In this document: positions 27,601 to 37,205 of the stretch, in pieces
Position numbering within the stretch: position 1 is the stretch's first letter
How the letters are laid out: each line of letters begins with the position of its first letter
From: Armatimonadota bacterium
GTDB lineage: Bacteria; Armatimonadota; UBA5829; DSUL01
Length of the DNA stretch: 53,930 nt
Direction: 5' to 3'
Assembly: GCA_039811685.1 (NCBI GenBank)
Contig: JBDHZC010000010.1
Span: 1 to 53,930, forward strand
The notes under the pieces: model-generated
Told to the model about the DNA's origin: nothing
What the model saw: the letters and a program-made list of their open reading frames with translations, nothing else
The model's database searches: none
Translations under genes and position numbers: made by a program

Positions 27601-30264
27601 ATGTCTGCTTTTAGATTCTGCGCGTTTCTCGCCGCGGCGGCAGCGCTCTTCTGCGCTCCGGCCCTGGCCCTCAACACAGATGGACGTCTGAAAGGCCCTC
27701 TTGACCCACCGAACGATCCGGCCGGATATCTGGTGGGAGTGTCAAGCGCGCCTATGGGGATACAGCGACAGGGGGCTTCCTCGACCGGGACATATGGCAA
27801 CGGCCTCACTTTTTCGTCCGAGCCTGTGGGTTACTGGGGATTCGATGTCCTGTCAGGGACGTATGCGATTGGCGTAGGACACAAGGATCAGTTTCCGCGG
27901 ATGTTCGTCTTTGGGGTGGCAGCGGGAACCACCTACCTGCGGATAAGGGAGAACCCGGACTACTATCCGGTTGGTTTCGACTATTACCCCAGCCCGGCTC
28001 AGGAGTTTGTCCAGTCCTTCGAAGCCCTTGGAACGTCCGTAACTTCGGTCTCGGTCAAGTTTGCGACATCCCAGACGGCTAACGCCACCATTCACTCCGT
28101 GTCTATTGACCCACAGCGTAACCAGACTATAGGAGCGCAGATTGGCCCCGCGCGGGTGCTTCAGGGAAGCTTCAGCAATGACTCAATGGCAACGTGGAGC
28201 GCAGGCGAAGTCCCGACCGTCCCCGGCCAGTATTATGCGGTAAAGTTTCGTCGTAGCGATGGCAACAACTTCCAGGTCTATTACTGCCGGGTGCGAGACT
28301 TTGGCGGAGAGGCCTTTCCCGGCGGACGGCAGTGGTACGGCGCGACCCAGACGGCTGATGCGCTCAAAACGGTCATTGGCATGGACACCGACGGCGCCAC
28401 GAGCACAATGAATACCAGCATCGCCAACAGCCAGATTACCTTCCAGGGTGTGACCGTCGCAGGACAGACCTTCACGGCCAACGGAACCAGCCTCATCGGA
28501 GTGCATTTCCTTGCGGGCAACGTCGCAGCGCAACCCGACATGGAGGTGGCGCTTTTCCAGAGCCCGGGCTCTGGCGGGATGGGCGCAAACCAGGTGGGGC
28601 CGTCGAAGTTCGTCAGGGCGATTGACAATAACGGACGGACTGTTGCCACGTGGTTTCCGGGAGAGGCCCCGTTGACACCGGGGCAGCAGTACTATGTACG
28701 AATCAAACGAGTCTATTCTAATACTGGATTTGCGATCTGGCGCACGACGACAGATGAGTACGCCGGCGGTCAGGCCTATATTGACGGCGCAGCGCAGAAC
28801 TACGATCTGAGCGGCCTGATAGCGCTTGAGACCTCACCTGGAAGCGCCACAATGCAACCGGTCTCCGTCAGCACACCGATCGTGACGGCGCGCACACCTT
28901 CCTCAGCGACTGTGAGCTGGAGCACAGATGTGCCCTCAACAGCTACAATTCAGTACGGGTCCACAACACCCTACACCTCCAGCGTCAACGACTCAAACTC
29001 TACAACCAGTCATTCAGTCACGCTGACGGGTCTGTCTGCGGCGACCGAGTATCACTTCCGCGTTGTGGCTTCGGCTTCGGGAAAGCGAACGGCACGTTCA
29101 AAGGACCAGACGTTCGTCACGGAGACTACAGCTCCCAATCTGCTTGCCAACCCGGGATTTGAGACCGGAAGCCTCTCCCCATGGGTGGGCTACGGTTCAG
29201 ACGCACCCGGCATCAATAACGGGCAGGGACTGGGCGGGCTTGGACCGCGCACAGGCTCCAAGTACGCCGGACGCGCCTATGGCGCTGGTGGCAGACGAAG
29301 CTACACAGGCATGTATCAGACTGCTTCTGTGCAGCCGGGTCTGCCGGTGACGTTCAGAGCGTGGCTGTACACGTACCAGCTTGACGGATTTGACCGGCCC
29401 TACGATATGATGGTCGCTGGCCGAGTGGGTATTGATCCAACCGGCGGCACAAATCCTGGAAGCTTCAGCGTGATCTGGTCGCCCCTGAGCGCATCCCAGG
29501 ACTGGTTTGATGTGTACAGCAGACCCTCACGCTACCACGATCTGACAGTCAGGACGGCGCCGACTGGATCCACGGTGACAGTCTTTATGGAGGCCGGCCA
29601 AATCAATCTTCCGGGAAGTGGCGTTAACTCCGGTTCTATCGCTTATGTCATCTCTGGATGGGACGATGCGTACCTGTCGCAGACTGCTCCCCAACAGCTC
29701 AGCAGACTTGGCGACGTCAAAGCGCTGCCGGATGGGACCAGTGTGAGCATTCCCGACCTGGTGGTAACCGCGAGCAGCACTCAGCTTGGAGCGAACTACG
29801 TGGAAGCGGCAGACCGCAGCAACGGTATTCGCGTGGAGTCGGACTCTGTGTTTGCGCTGGGAAGCCGCGTCACAGTCGCAGGCGTACTGAGCACAAAGCA
29901 GAGCGGTGAGCGTTATATCGCAAACGGCACACTCAGCAGCAGTGTCGCTGGAGCTGAGCTTACCAGCCTGGGCGCAAAGAACGCCGCTCTTGGAGATCTG
30001 GGCGGTGACAGTACCGGACCGGGCAATGTCGGGATGCTTATGCGAACGTGGGGAACAGTGGTTTCTGGAGGTGGCACTACCTTCTATCTGACGGACGGGT
30101 CGCCCACGGGAGACTTGAGAGTTGACCTGCCAACAGGCGTCCTGCCGCCGGTCGCCGGAACACAGGTGGAGGTAACGGGCATCGTCCGGCTTCAGGGTAA
30201 CTCACCGGAAACAGCAACCATCCGCCTCAAGGTGCGGCAGGCGTCCGACGTTAAGCCTCTTTAG
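27601..30264 (+). CDS. Large secreted modular protein (FN3-like, CBM-like, C-terminal OB-fold-like repeats)
   Basis: Signal peptide; SATVSWSTD..HSVTLTGL...YHFRV (FN3); NLLANPGFETG (CBM-like); tail YVEAADRSNGIRV...NVGMLMRTWG.V...FYLTDGS. Confidence 0.8.
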   Translation: MSAFRFCAFLAAAAALFCAPALALNTDGRLKGPLDPPNDPAGYLVGVSSAPMGIQRQGASSTGTYGNGLTFSSEPVGYWGFDVLSGTYAIGVGHKDQFPRMFVFGVAAGTTYLRIRENPDYYPVGFDYYPSPAQEFVQSFEALGTSVTSVSVKFATSQTANATIHSVSIDPQRNQTIGAQIGPARVLQGSFSNDSMATWSAGEVPTVPGQYYAVKFRRSDGNNFQVYYCRVRDFGGEAFPGGRQWYGATQTADALKTVIGMDTDGATSTMNTSIANSQITFQGVTVAGQTFTANGTSLIGVHFLAGNVAAQPDMEVALFQSPGSGGMGANQVGPSKFVRAIDNNGRTVATWFPGEAPLTPGQQYYVRIKRVYSNTGFAIWRTTTDEYAGGQAYIDGAAQNYDLSGLIALETSPGSATMQPVSVSTPIVTARTPSSATVSWSTDVPSTATIQYGSTTPYTSSVNDSNSTTSHSVTLTGLSAATEYHFRVVASASGKRTARSKDQTFVTETTAPNLLANPGFETGSLSPWVGYGSDAPGINNGQGLGGLGPRTGSKYAGRAYGAGGRRSYTGMYQTASVQPGLPVTFRAWLYTYQLDGFDRPYDMMVAGRVGIDPTGGTNPGSFSVIWSPLSASQDWFDVYSRPSRYHDLTVRTAPTGSTVTVFMEAGQINLPGSGVNSGSIAYVISGWDDAYLSQTAPQQLSRLGDVKALPDGTSVSIPDLVVTASSTQLGANYVEAADRSNGIRVESDSVFALGSRVTVAGVLSTKQSGERYIANGTLSSSVAGAELTSLGAKNAALGDLGGDSTGPGNVGMLMRTWGTVVSGGGTTFYLTDGSPTGDLRVDLPTGVLPPVAGTQVEVTGIVRLQGNSPETATIRLKVRQASDVKPL

Positions 30265-30321
30265 GACCGGTCAGCAGAGGACCAGGCAGCGCGTGGCGCG
30301 CCGCTAAGAGTGCAGCGTTTC

Positions 30322-31353
30322 TCAGGCGCGCGGTGTTACTATAACGCCGTCGAAGAGCGAAGCGTTGGATTTGACGCGGCATGCCCGCCCAACGACGCAG
30401 CGCTCAATGCAGGTGTCGCGCATAACTGCAGCTTCCGGCCACAGCACGCTCTGGCGTACAGTGGCTCCTGACTCCACCACCGCCCCGTCCGCCAGGACGG
30501 AGTATTCGGCCACAGTGGCGCCAGCTTCGATACGGCAGTTGTTACCAATGACGACGGGATATTCGATGGTCGCGGTCTCATCAATCTCGACGTCTTTGCC
30601 CATCCACACAAACTTCTTGACTTCCTTGTAGTGAGGCTTCACAGAAAGACGGCCGTCCAGCACGTCGTTGTGCGTCTGTCTGTACTCTTTGAGATTTCCG
30701 ATATCCCGCCAGTAGGCAGACGTCAGAATTCCGTACAGACGCATCTTACGCTCCAGTAGCAGTGGCAGCAGATCGCGCCCAAATCCATAAGGCACGCCTC
30801 TGGGAATCAGATCCAGCACTTCACGCTCCAGAAAATAGACTCCTGTATTGGCAGCGTTAGAGAAGATGACCTCCCCTTTGGGTTTCTCGAGGAAGCGCGT
30901 CACACGCCCTTTATCGTTAAGCAGTGCGATGCCGTACTCCGAAGGGTCCTCTACCAGGGACAACGCGATAGTGCACAAAGCCTTCTTCTCTTTATGCGTT
31001 CGCAGTATGCGAGACAGATCAAAATCCGCCAGATCATCCCCACCGATAACCAGAAATGTATCGTCAAAGAAATCTTCAACCAGTTTCACAGACCCAGCGT
31101 CTCCCCAGAGTCTCTCCTCCTCTGAGTAGCTGAGTTTGACGCCCCATTTGGACCCATCCCCGAGTGAGTTTCTGATCTGGTCGCCCAGGTAGTGCAGGTT
31201 GACCATGATCTCGGTGACGCTGTGGCGGGCGAGCATCTCAATGATGTGCACAATGTTGGGCTTGTTGACAATGGGCACAAGCGGTTTCGGAGTGGCCCGT
31301 GTAAGGGGATCGAGGCGGCTGCCCACTCCGGCAGCCAGAATCATGGCTTTCAT
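30322..31353 (-). CDS. NDP-sugar synthase (mannose-1-phosphate guanylyltransferase-like)
   Basis: MKAMILAAGVGSRLDPLT..PKP, FLEKP, YWRDIG, hexapeptide tail. Confidence 0.9.
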   Translation of the reverse strand: MKAMILAAGVGSRLDPLTRATPKPLVPIVNKPNIVHIIEMLARHSVTEIMVNLHYLGDQIRNSLGDGSKWGVKLSYSEEERLWGDAGSVKLVEDFFDDTFLVIGGDDLADFDLSRILRTHKEKKALCTIALSLVEDPSEYGIALLNDKGRVTRFLEKPKGEVIFSNAANTGVYFLEREVLDLIPRGVPYGFGRDLLPLLLERKMRLYGILTSAYWRDIGNLKEYRQTHNDVLDGRLSVKPHYKEVKKFVWMGKDVEIDETATIEYPVVIGNNCRIEAGATVAEYSVLADGAVVESGATVRQSVLWPEAAVMRDTCIERCVVGRACRVKSNASLFDGVIVTPRA

Positions 31354-31450
31354 CTAGTTACAATTACACCTCAAAACAGCGATTTTGGAGCTGGCCGCGC
31401 CAGGTATGCACAGCACTATTTATGGCCAGGTAGCCAGGCTCTCTACAGGG

Positions 31451-32584
31451 TCACGGACTTTTGACGGACGACCCGGCTTTCTGAAACTCCAGAATCGCCT
31501 CGCTCACCCGTTCCACCGCGCCTTCGGGGAGGTCCGGGTGAATCGGCAGTGACAACACCTCGCGGCACGCGCGCTCTGCGTTTGGAAGGTCGCCTTCACG
31601 ATAGCCATACCGCTGATAGGCGGGCTGCAAATGCAGCGCGCCCGGATAGTAGACGGCTGAGGCCATCTCACGGGCTTTCAGAAACTCCTTTAGACTGTCG
31701 CGCTGTTCAAGGCGAATTGTGTACTGGTGCCAGACGTGTGTATTACCCTCTATGACGCGCGGCACGTGAATACCACTTCCTTCCAGCATTGAAGTGTAGA
31801 TCTGCGCGTGGCGTTGCCGCGCCTGGGTCCAGTCCCGCAGTTTGCGCAGCTTAACGCGCAGTACAGCCGCCTGAATCTCATCCAACCTGCTGCACCATCC
31901 GATGTCCTGATACGAATAAGTCCCACCGGAGCCGTGGAAGCGCAGAGAGTTAATCTTATCCGCGATGTCTTCGCGGTTGGTGAGCACCATTCCACCGTCG
32001 CCGTATGCGCCGAGATTCTTCGTTGGGAAGAAGGAGAGCGTTGTCGCCGAACCCCATCCGCCGACACTGACGCCACGGTGCTCCGCGCCAATCGCCTGTG
32101 CTCCATCCGCCACCAGCGCCAGGCCGTGCTTGTCAGCGACTCCTTGCAGCGCAGTCATGTCCGCCATCTGCCCGTACAGGTGCACTGGCAAAATCGCCTT
32201 CGTGCGAGGGGTAATGCGGCTTTCCACAAGGGCTGCATCGAGATTGAAAGTGTCAAGATCAATGTCGACGTAGACAGGGACTGCGCCGAGCTGAGAGATG
32301 CTCTCAGTGGTAGCGACAAATGTGAAAGGAGTGGTGATAACCTCATCGCCCTGGCCGACTCCGCAGGCGGCGAGGCTGAGCGTAATGGCGTCCGTACCTG
32401 AGGCGACCCCCACCCCGAAGCGCGCCTGATTCTCACGCGCGATCTCCTCCTCAAGGAGAGACACATTTGGCCCCAGGATGAAGCGGCAAGACTCGAGAAC
32501 GCCTTTGAGCGCATCGTCAATCTCGCTCTTCTGAGCCTCGTACTGGGCGTGCAAATCCGCCATCTGAATGCGCATGGGTGGCAA
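31451..32584 (-). CDS. DegT/DnrJ/EryC1/StrS sugar aminotransferase
   Basis: SGTDA, PVHLYGQ, DGAQAIG, SFFPTKNLGAYGDGG, SRLDEIQAA. Confidence 0.93.
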   Translation of the reverse strand: MPPMRIQMADLHAQYEAQKSEIDDALKGVLESCRFILGPNVSLLEEEIARENQARFGVGVASGTDAITLSLAACGVGQGDEVITTPFTFVATTESISQLGAVPVYVDIDLDTFNLDAALVESRITPRTKAILPVHLYGQMADMTALQGVADKHGLALVADGAQAIGAEHRGVSVGGWGSATTLSFFPTKNLGAYGDGGMVLTNREDIADKINSLRFHGSGGTYSYQDIGWCSRLDEIQAAVLRVKLRKLRDWTQARQRHAQIYTSMLEGSGIHVPRVIEGNTHVWHQYTIRLEQRDSLKEFLKAREMASAVYYPGALHLQPAYQRYGYREGDLPNAERACREVLSLPIHPDLPEGAVERVSEAILEFQKAGSSVKSP

Positions 32585-32622
32585 AACCTCGCCTTTCTCA
32601 GAATTTTTTGCCGAGGGTGGCT

Positions 32623-33720
32623 TCAGCTTCCGGAGATTCGTGTGCCGAAGCCTATCCGGCTGCCAGAAGCCAGAACAGCTTTCGCGGAAATCGCCACGTT
32701 GTCCTCAACAAAAACGTCTGTATCAACGATGCAGTTCTGTAGATGGACGCTCTTCCCGATGGAGACTCCGTCCAGAATCACGCAGTTTTCCAGAACGCAG
32801 CCTTCATCCAGGCTGCAACCGGCCCCAACAGTCGTGCACCCTTTCAGCTCTACATTGGCCTGCAGTGTTGTTCGGCGTCCAACGTGCACGGTCGGATCAA
32901 TTCGGGCGCTGGACGCAACATCCACATCGCCCATACTCCACCAGCCGTCTGCCGTCCTCTCTCCCGAGAGCTTTGCGTCCACGTCTCCCGAAAGAAGCGC
33001 GCGGTGCGCTTCCATGTACTGCTCCGGACGTCCGATATCGAGCCAGTAACCGCTGGAGCTCACAGCGTAGATCCCTTTGTCTTCGGCGGCGAACAGCGGA
33101 AAGAGCTGGCGTTCGAATGAATAGGGTGTGTTTGAGGGGACGTCACGAAAGATAGTGGAATCCAGAACATACATTCCGGCATTGATATACTCCGTGCCCT
33201 CCTGCTCCACTACTCCTTGCGCCAGCTTGCGCTTCTGCTCTTCGCTTGGCTCGCGGAACTCCTGTACCTTGCCGTTGTCATCAGTGATAATAACCCCGTA
33301 CGGGCTTGGAGAAGGAACGCCAAACAGCGTCAGGGTGATGCGCGCGCCCTTCTCTTCGTGAAAGCGGCGCACAGCGCTCAGGTCGAAGTCGGTGAGCACG
33401 TCCCCATTGAAAATCAGGAGCGTGTCATCCTCAAAGTACTCTTCGGCGTTTTTGACAGCGCCCGCCGTGCCGAGCGGGACATCTTCCAGCGCATAGTGCA
33501 TTTTCACGCCAAACGCACTGCCGTCTCCGAAGTGTCCCTGGATCATCTCCGCCATATAGTTTGTGCAGAAGATGATTTCGTGTATGCCGTGCCTCTTGAG
33601 CAGCTCAACCTGATACTCAAGAAACGGTTTGTTCACGACCGGAACAATCGGCTTCGGCCGAAGATAGGTCAGAGGGCGGAGCCTGGTTCCTGGTCCGCCT
33701 GCGATAATGACGCCCTTCAT
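32623..33720 (-). CDS. NDP-sugar synthase (mannose-1-phosphate guanylyltransferase-like), second paralogue
   Basis: MKGVIIAGGPGTRLRPLT..PKP, PLGTAGA, NGD, INAG.Y, YWLDIG. Confidence 0.9.
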   Translation of the reverse strand: MKGVIIAGGPGTRLRPLTYLRPKPIVPVVNKPFLEYQVELLKRHGIHEIIFCTNYMAEMIQGHFGDGSAFGVKMHYALEDVPLGTAGAVKNAEEYFEDDTLLIFNGDVLTDFDLSAVRRFHEEKGARITLTLFGVPSPSPYGVIITDDNGKVQEFREPSEEQKRKLAQGVVEQEGTEYINAGMYVLDSTIFRDVPSNTPYSFERQLFPLFAAEDKGIYAVSSSGYWLDIGRPEQYMEAHRALLSGDVDAKLSGERTADGWWSMGDVDVASSARIDPTVHVGRRTTLQANVELKGCTTVGAGCSLDEGCVLENCVILDGVSIGKSVHLQNCIVDTDVFVEDNVAISAKAVLASGSRIGFGTRISGS

Positions 33721-33962
33721 TCGATACTGGGTCACCTCAGTGAAAAATTTAACAGTCGGGTTGGGACAGTTATACCCGATAAGCGTCTGTCATGGCATTC
33801 GACAATGCAGAGCGTGCACTCACCATGCGGACGCTGCTTTTGCGGCCCGGATGACAGCGATGCCCGCGGCCGATACTAACACAGAAGTAATGCGCATTAA
33901 TAGAGGAAATCAGCAGAAGAATCGCCAAGCAATCGGCATTCAGAGGGAGATAGTTGGCAAAT

Positions 33963-35243
33963 ATGAAAATGCTTGTTTTTCTGATTGGGCTCACCACGGC
34001 CTGGATGATGGGCGCTGGCGTAGCCTCAGCTATAACACTGAAGACGCACGGTTCCCAGGAAGCGCTTACGGCAGATGGGAAGCCCGTCTTCCCTATTGGC
34101 TTCACGCGTGCGCCGGAGCCGGGAGCGCTGACTCCTGATGGGAAGAACGGTTACGAAGAGCTTGCACAGTACGGCTTTGTCTTTCATCGGGTGGATGCCA
34201 ACAACTGGGGACCAAAAACCGAAGCGCAGGTTGACATCATTCTGGAGGAATCCGCAAAGTACAGACTGTACGCGGCGCTCTCAGTTCCTGATCTGGTTCG
34301 CATAGGGCCCAACGCAGTGAAGAAGCAGGCAGAGTTGCGGCGGGTGGTGACCAAGTATCGGGACAATCCGGGCATGGGCCTGTGGAAGGGCGACGACGAG
34401 CCGGAATGGGGCAAGCACCCGGTGCGCGACCTGATGCCTTTCATCGACACTGTTCACGAGCTGGACCCGGCGCATCCGGTTTGGATTACGCAGGCGCCTC
34501 GCGGGACTATCGAAAGCCTGAAGGCGTACGACGCCACCTACGACATTGGCGCCATAGATATCTATCCGATCGGCTATCCCGCCGGCGTGCATTCCCACCT
34601 GGCCAACAAGAATATCAGCGTGGTTGGCGATTATGCGCGGTGGATGCAACAGATTACCGGAAATAAGAAGCCCTTCTTTATGGCGCTGCAGATTGCATGG
34701 AGCGGCGTAGTTAACGAAGGAAAAACGCTGCGCTTCCCGACTTTTCACGAAGAGCGCTACATGGCGTACCAATCCATCATCAACGGAGCGCGCGGGATCA
34801 TATTCTTCGGCGGGTCATTGCGTCCGGCTCTGAATGAACGGGATAGACAACTAACGTGGAACTGGACGTTTTACGACAACGTCCTGAAGCGCGTGTTGCA
34901 GGAACTCAAACCGGGCAGCCCGGTTTTTCCAGCGCTTATCGCTCCGTCGTCCAAAGCCAAAGTGAAGGTGGAGATAGTAACTGGCGAACCAGGTAAGGAG
35001 AGAACGCAGGCCGCCGGAGATCAGGTGGAAGTCCTGGTACGCGAGGCTGGAGACTACGTCTTCATTCTCGCCGCCAAGCGAGAGGGAGACACAGTCCGTG
35101 CGCGCATCTCAGGCGTACCGGCCGTTGACCAGCAGACGCAGGTGCTCTATGAAGAGCCGCGCTCGGCTACCGTTCAGAGTGGCGTGTTGACGGACTGGTT
35201 TGCGCCTAATGAAGTGCATGTTTATCGCATGAAGAAGCAGTAA
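33963..35243 (+). CDS. Secreted putative glycoside hydrolase (TIM barrel)
   Basis: Signal peptide; DGKPVFPIG, WKGDDEP, DPAHP, DIYP, YQSIINGARGI. Confidence 0.7.
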   Translation: MKMLVFLIGLTTAWMMGAGVASAITLKTHGSQEALTADGKPVFPIGFTRAPEPGALTPDGKNGYEELAQYGFVFHRVDANNWGPKTEAQVDIILEESAKYRLYAALSVPDLVRIGPNAVKKQAELRRVVTKYRDNPGMGLWKGDDEPEWGKHPVRDLMPFIDTVHELDPAHPVWITQAPRGTIESLKAYDATYDIGAIDIYPIGYPAGVHSHLANKNISVVGDYARWMQQITGNKKPFFMALQIAWSGVVNEGKTLRFPTFHEERYMAYQSIINGARGIIFFGGSLRPALNERDRQLTWNWTFYDNVLKRVLQELKPGSPVFPALIAPSSKAKVKVEIVTGEPGKERTQAAGDQVEVLVREAGDYVFILAAKREGDTVRARISGVPAVDQQTQVLYEEPRSATVQSGVLTDWFAPNEVHVYRMKKQ

Positions 35244-35294
35244 GCTGCAGTGCGGCAAACGAGTTGAGAATCCTCGCCTGACGGAGAAGATCTT

Positions 35295-35323
35295 GGGGCA
35301 GCGCGTTTCAGACGCGCTGCCCC
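35295..35323. terminator. Hairpin between convergent genes
   Basis: GGGGCAGCGCGT-TTCAG-ACGCGCTGCCCC, 12-bp perfect stem. Confidence 0.6.
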
Positions 35324-35386
35324 TTACACTAAGCACCAGCAGAGAGACTGCCGTCGTCTCCCCGGCCTCCTGAAAACGACTGAGAA

Positions 35387-36229
35387 CTAAGCGGTCTGTA
35401 ATGCCGCGAGCTTGTTCGCGAACTCGCTGGTGATGCTGATCACCCAGTTCTCGATATCGGGATCGGGCAGAATCGCATCAGGTTCATAGACCACGCGCGC
35501 CTCGTGGTTTTCCACGTTTGCGATTCCCCGCCCGATGATATTCTTCTGGAACATCTGATCATAAGCCACAAGCACCGGAATCACAATCGCGATCTCCTTG
35601 GTGTCCAGGACGCGGTTAATCGCTTTGGTGGTCTCGTCCGGGTTGTAGTGCGCAATGTGTCCGCACCATCCGTAGCTGTGCTCGCTGATTCCGACAGCCT
35701 GCTTCACATGCTCAGCCACCTTGCTGAACAGCTCACCCCACTCCTTGTCAAACGTCGCGTCGCCATAGCCTATCAGAACAAGTCCCTCCTTCTCCGGATT
35801 GCGGGACAGGTTCCTGGCTCGGCGCAGGACGTTTTTCGGAAGCGTGTTGGAGAAGTCCAGTAGCGGAGTCAGATGAACGTTAGCCGCAGGCTTGTAGCGC
35901 TCGATTTTTTCGGCCTCCAGCTCGGCTATGATCTCGGGATTATCCTTCTGCCCAATGATGGTGGGAATATCGTCCAGCGAGTGCGGACTGACCGTCAGGA
36001 AAATTGGCACGATGACTACGTCGGTGAAGCCCTCCGCATCAAACGCCTTCATCTGTGAGGCGATGGAAGGCTCGGTGTACTCCATGTGGGCGGTCTTGAT
36101 GCCTGTGATTAGGCCTTCAGCAAGAATGGAATCGCGCACTCTGGCTTCAAGATCCAGAAGAGCGTTTCTCCACGTTTCAGAATGCGAACCATGATTTACC
36201 AGCAACAGGCCGAGTTTTTGCGTAGTCAA
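35387..36229 (-). CDS. CbiX/SirB-like chelatase family protein
   Basis: LLVNHGS, MEYTEPSI, VPIFLTVSPH...DIP. Confidence 0.78.
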   Translation of the reverse strand: MTTQKLGLLLVNHGSHSETWRNALLDLEARVRDSILAEGLITGIKTAHMEYTEPSIASQMKAFDAEGFTDVVIVPIFLTVSPHSLDDIPTIIGQKDNPEIIAELEAEKIERYKPAANVHLTPLLDFSNTLPKNVLRRARNLSRNPEKEGLVLIGYGDATFDKEWGELFSKVAEHVKQAVGISEHSYGWCGHIAHYNPDETTKAINRVLDTKEIAIVIPVLVAYDQMFQKNIIGRGIANVENHEARVVYEPDAILPDPDIENWVISITSEFANKLAALQTA

Positions 36230-36393
36230 AGAGGCTGCTTATTCCTTTCGTTTCGCTATGTCTTACCTTACGGACAAAAAGACGGGTATTGAGCGACACT
36301 TCGTTCAGAGCAGATTCAGGAGCGTCACAGCGGCTTGAGGGAGACGAGTCCCCGCGGCGCGTCCGCGATCATGGTGCGTGGGTCCGGGTCTAT

Positions 36394-36870
36394 TCACTCG
36401 TGCTGGCCGCCCGTGCCCCGGGGCTGATACGTTCCGGCTTCTGCCCGGAACGCAACGGAAAGACGGTTCCACCCATTAATGGCGATAATCGCCACGCTTA
36501 GATTTACCAGCTCTTGCTCGTCGAACTGCTGCCTGGCTTCGCTGTAAACTTCATCCGGAACTTCCGTCTCGGATACCAGCGTCAGCGCCTCCGTCCAGGC
36601 CAGAGCGGCGCGCTCACGCTCAGTGTAAAACTGCTCAGCTTCACGCCAGGCGTTCAGCAGATACAGCCTTTGCTCTGTCTCACCCGCAGCGCGAGCGTCC
36701 TTGGAGTGCATGTCCAGACAAAAGGCGCATCCATTGATCTGCGATGCCCGCATTTTCACAAGCTCCAGCAGCGAAGGCTCCAATCCACTTTTGTGAATGT
36801 ACTCTTCCAGACCGCGCATCGCGTGGACGGCCCCTGGAGCCGCCTTTGCATAGTTGATTCTAATCGCCAT
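36394..36870 (-). CDS. Carboxymuconolactone decarboxylase/AhpD-like protein
   Basis: LELVKMRASQINGCAFCLDMH, ERAALAWTEALT, INGWNR. Confidence 0.93.
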   Translation of the reverse strand: MAIRINYAKAAPGAVHAMRGLEEYIHKSGLEPSLLELVKMRASQINGCAFCLDMHSKDARAAGETEQRLYLLNAWREAEQFYTERERAALAWTEALTLVSETEVPDEVYSEARQQFDEQELVNLSVAIIAINGWNRLSVAFRAEAGTYQPRGTGGQHE

Positions 36871-37205
36871 CTTCAGTCTCTCCTGCGTACCGCAAACCTG
36901 CTTGCAGAGTCTTGCGACACAAGAATAGAAGCCGCGCTCACGGATTTCAACTGAGTTCTCACACAGAGTATATGTCCTTTGCACTCTGCCTGGCAATACG
37001 GAACTGCCCGCCTCGCACGCAGACTACAGACCAGAGACAGCAAGGGGGCGGTACGCGGGAAGAACACCTACGCATAGAAGCGCCCAGCTCCTGTAAAATG
37101 CCGTTGGCGACTTTTCAGACGGGTCCGTTTATGTAAAGCGCTATCAGAGGACTGCCGCCTCCACGCGTCGAACGCTCCCGCACCATTTGTCCTGCTTGGA
37201 AAACT

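Noticed and set aside
36230..36393. Cobalamin riboswitch upstream of the CbiX-like gene
   Set aside because: No B12-box or GGGAA/GCCACTG signature found by eye.
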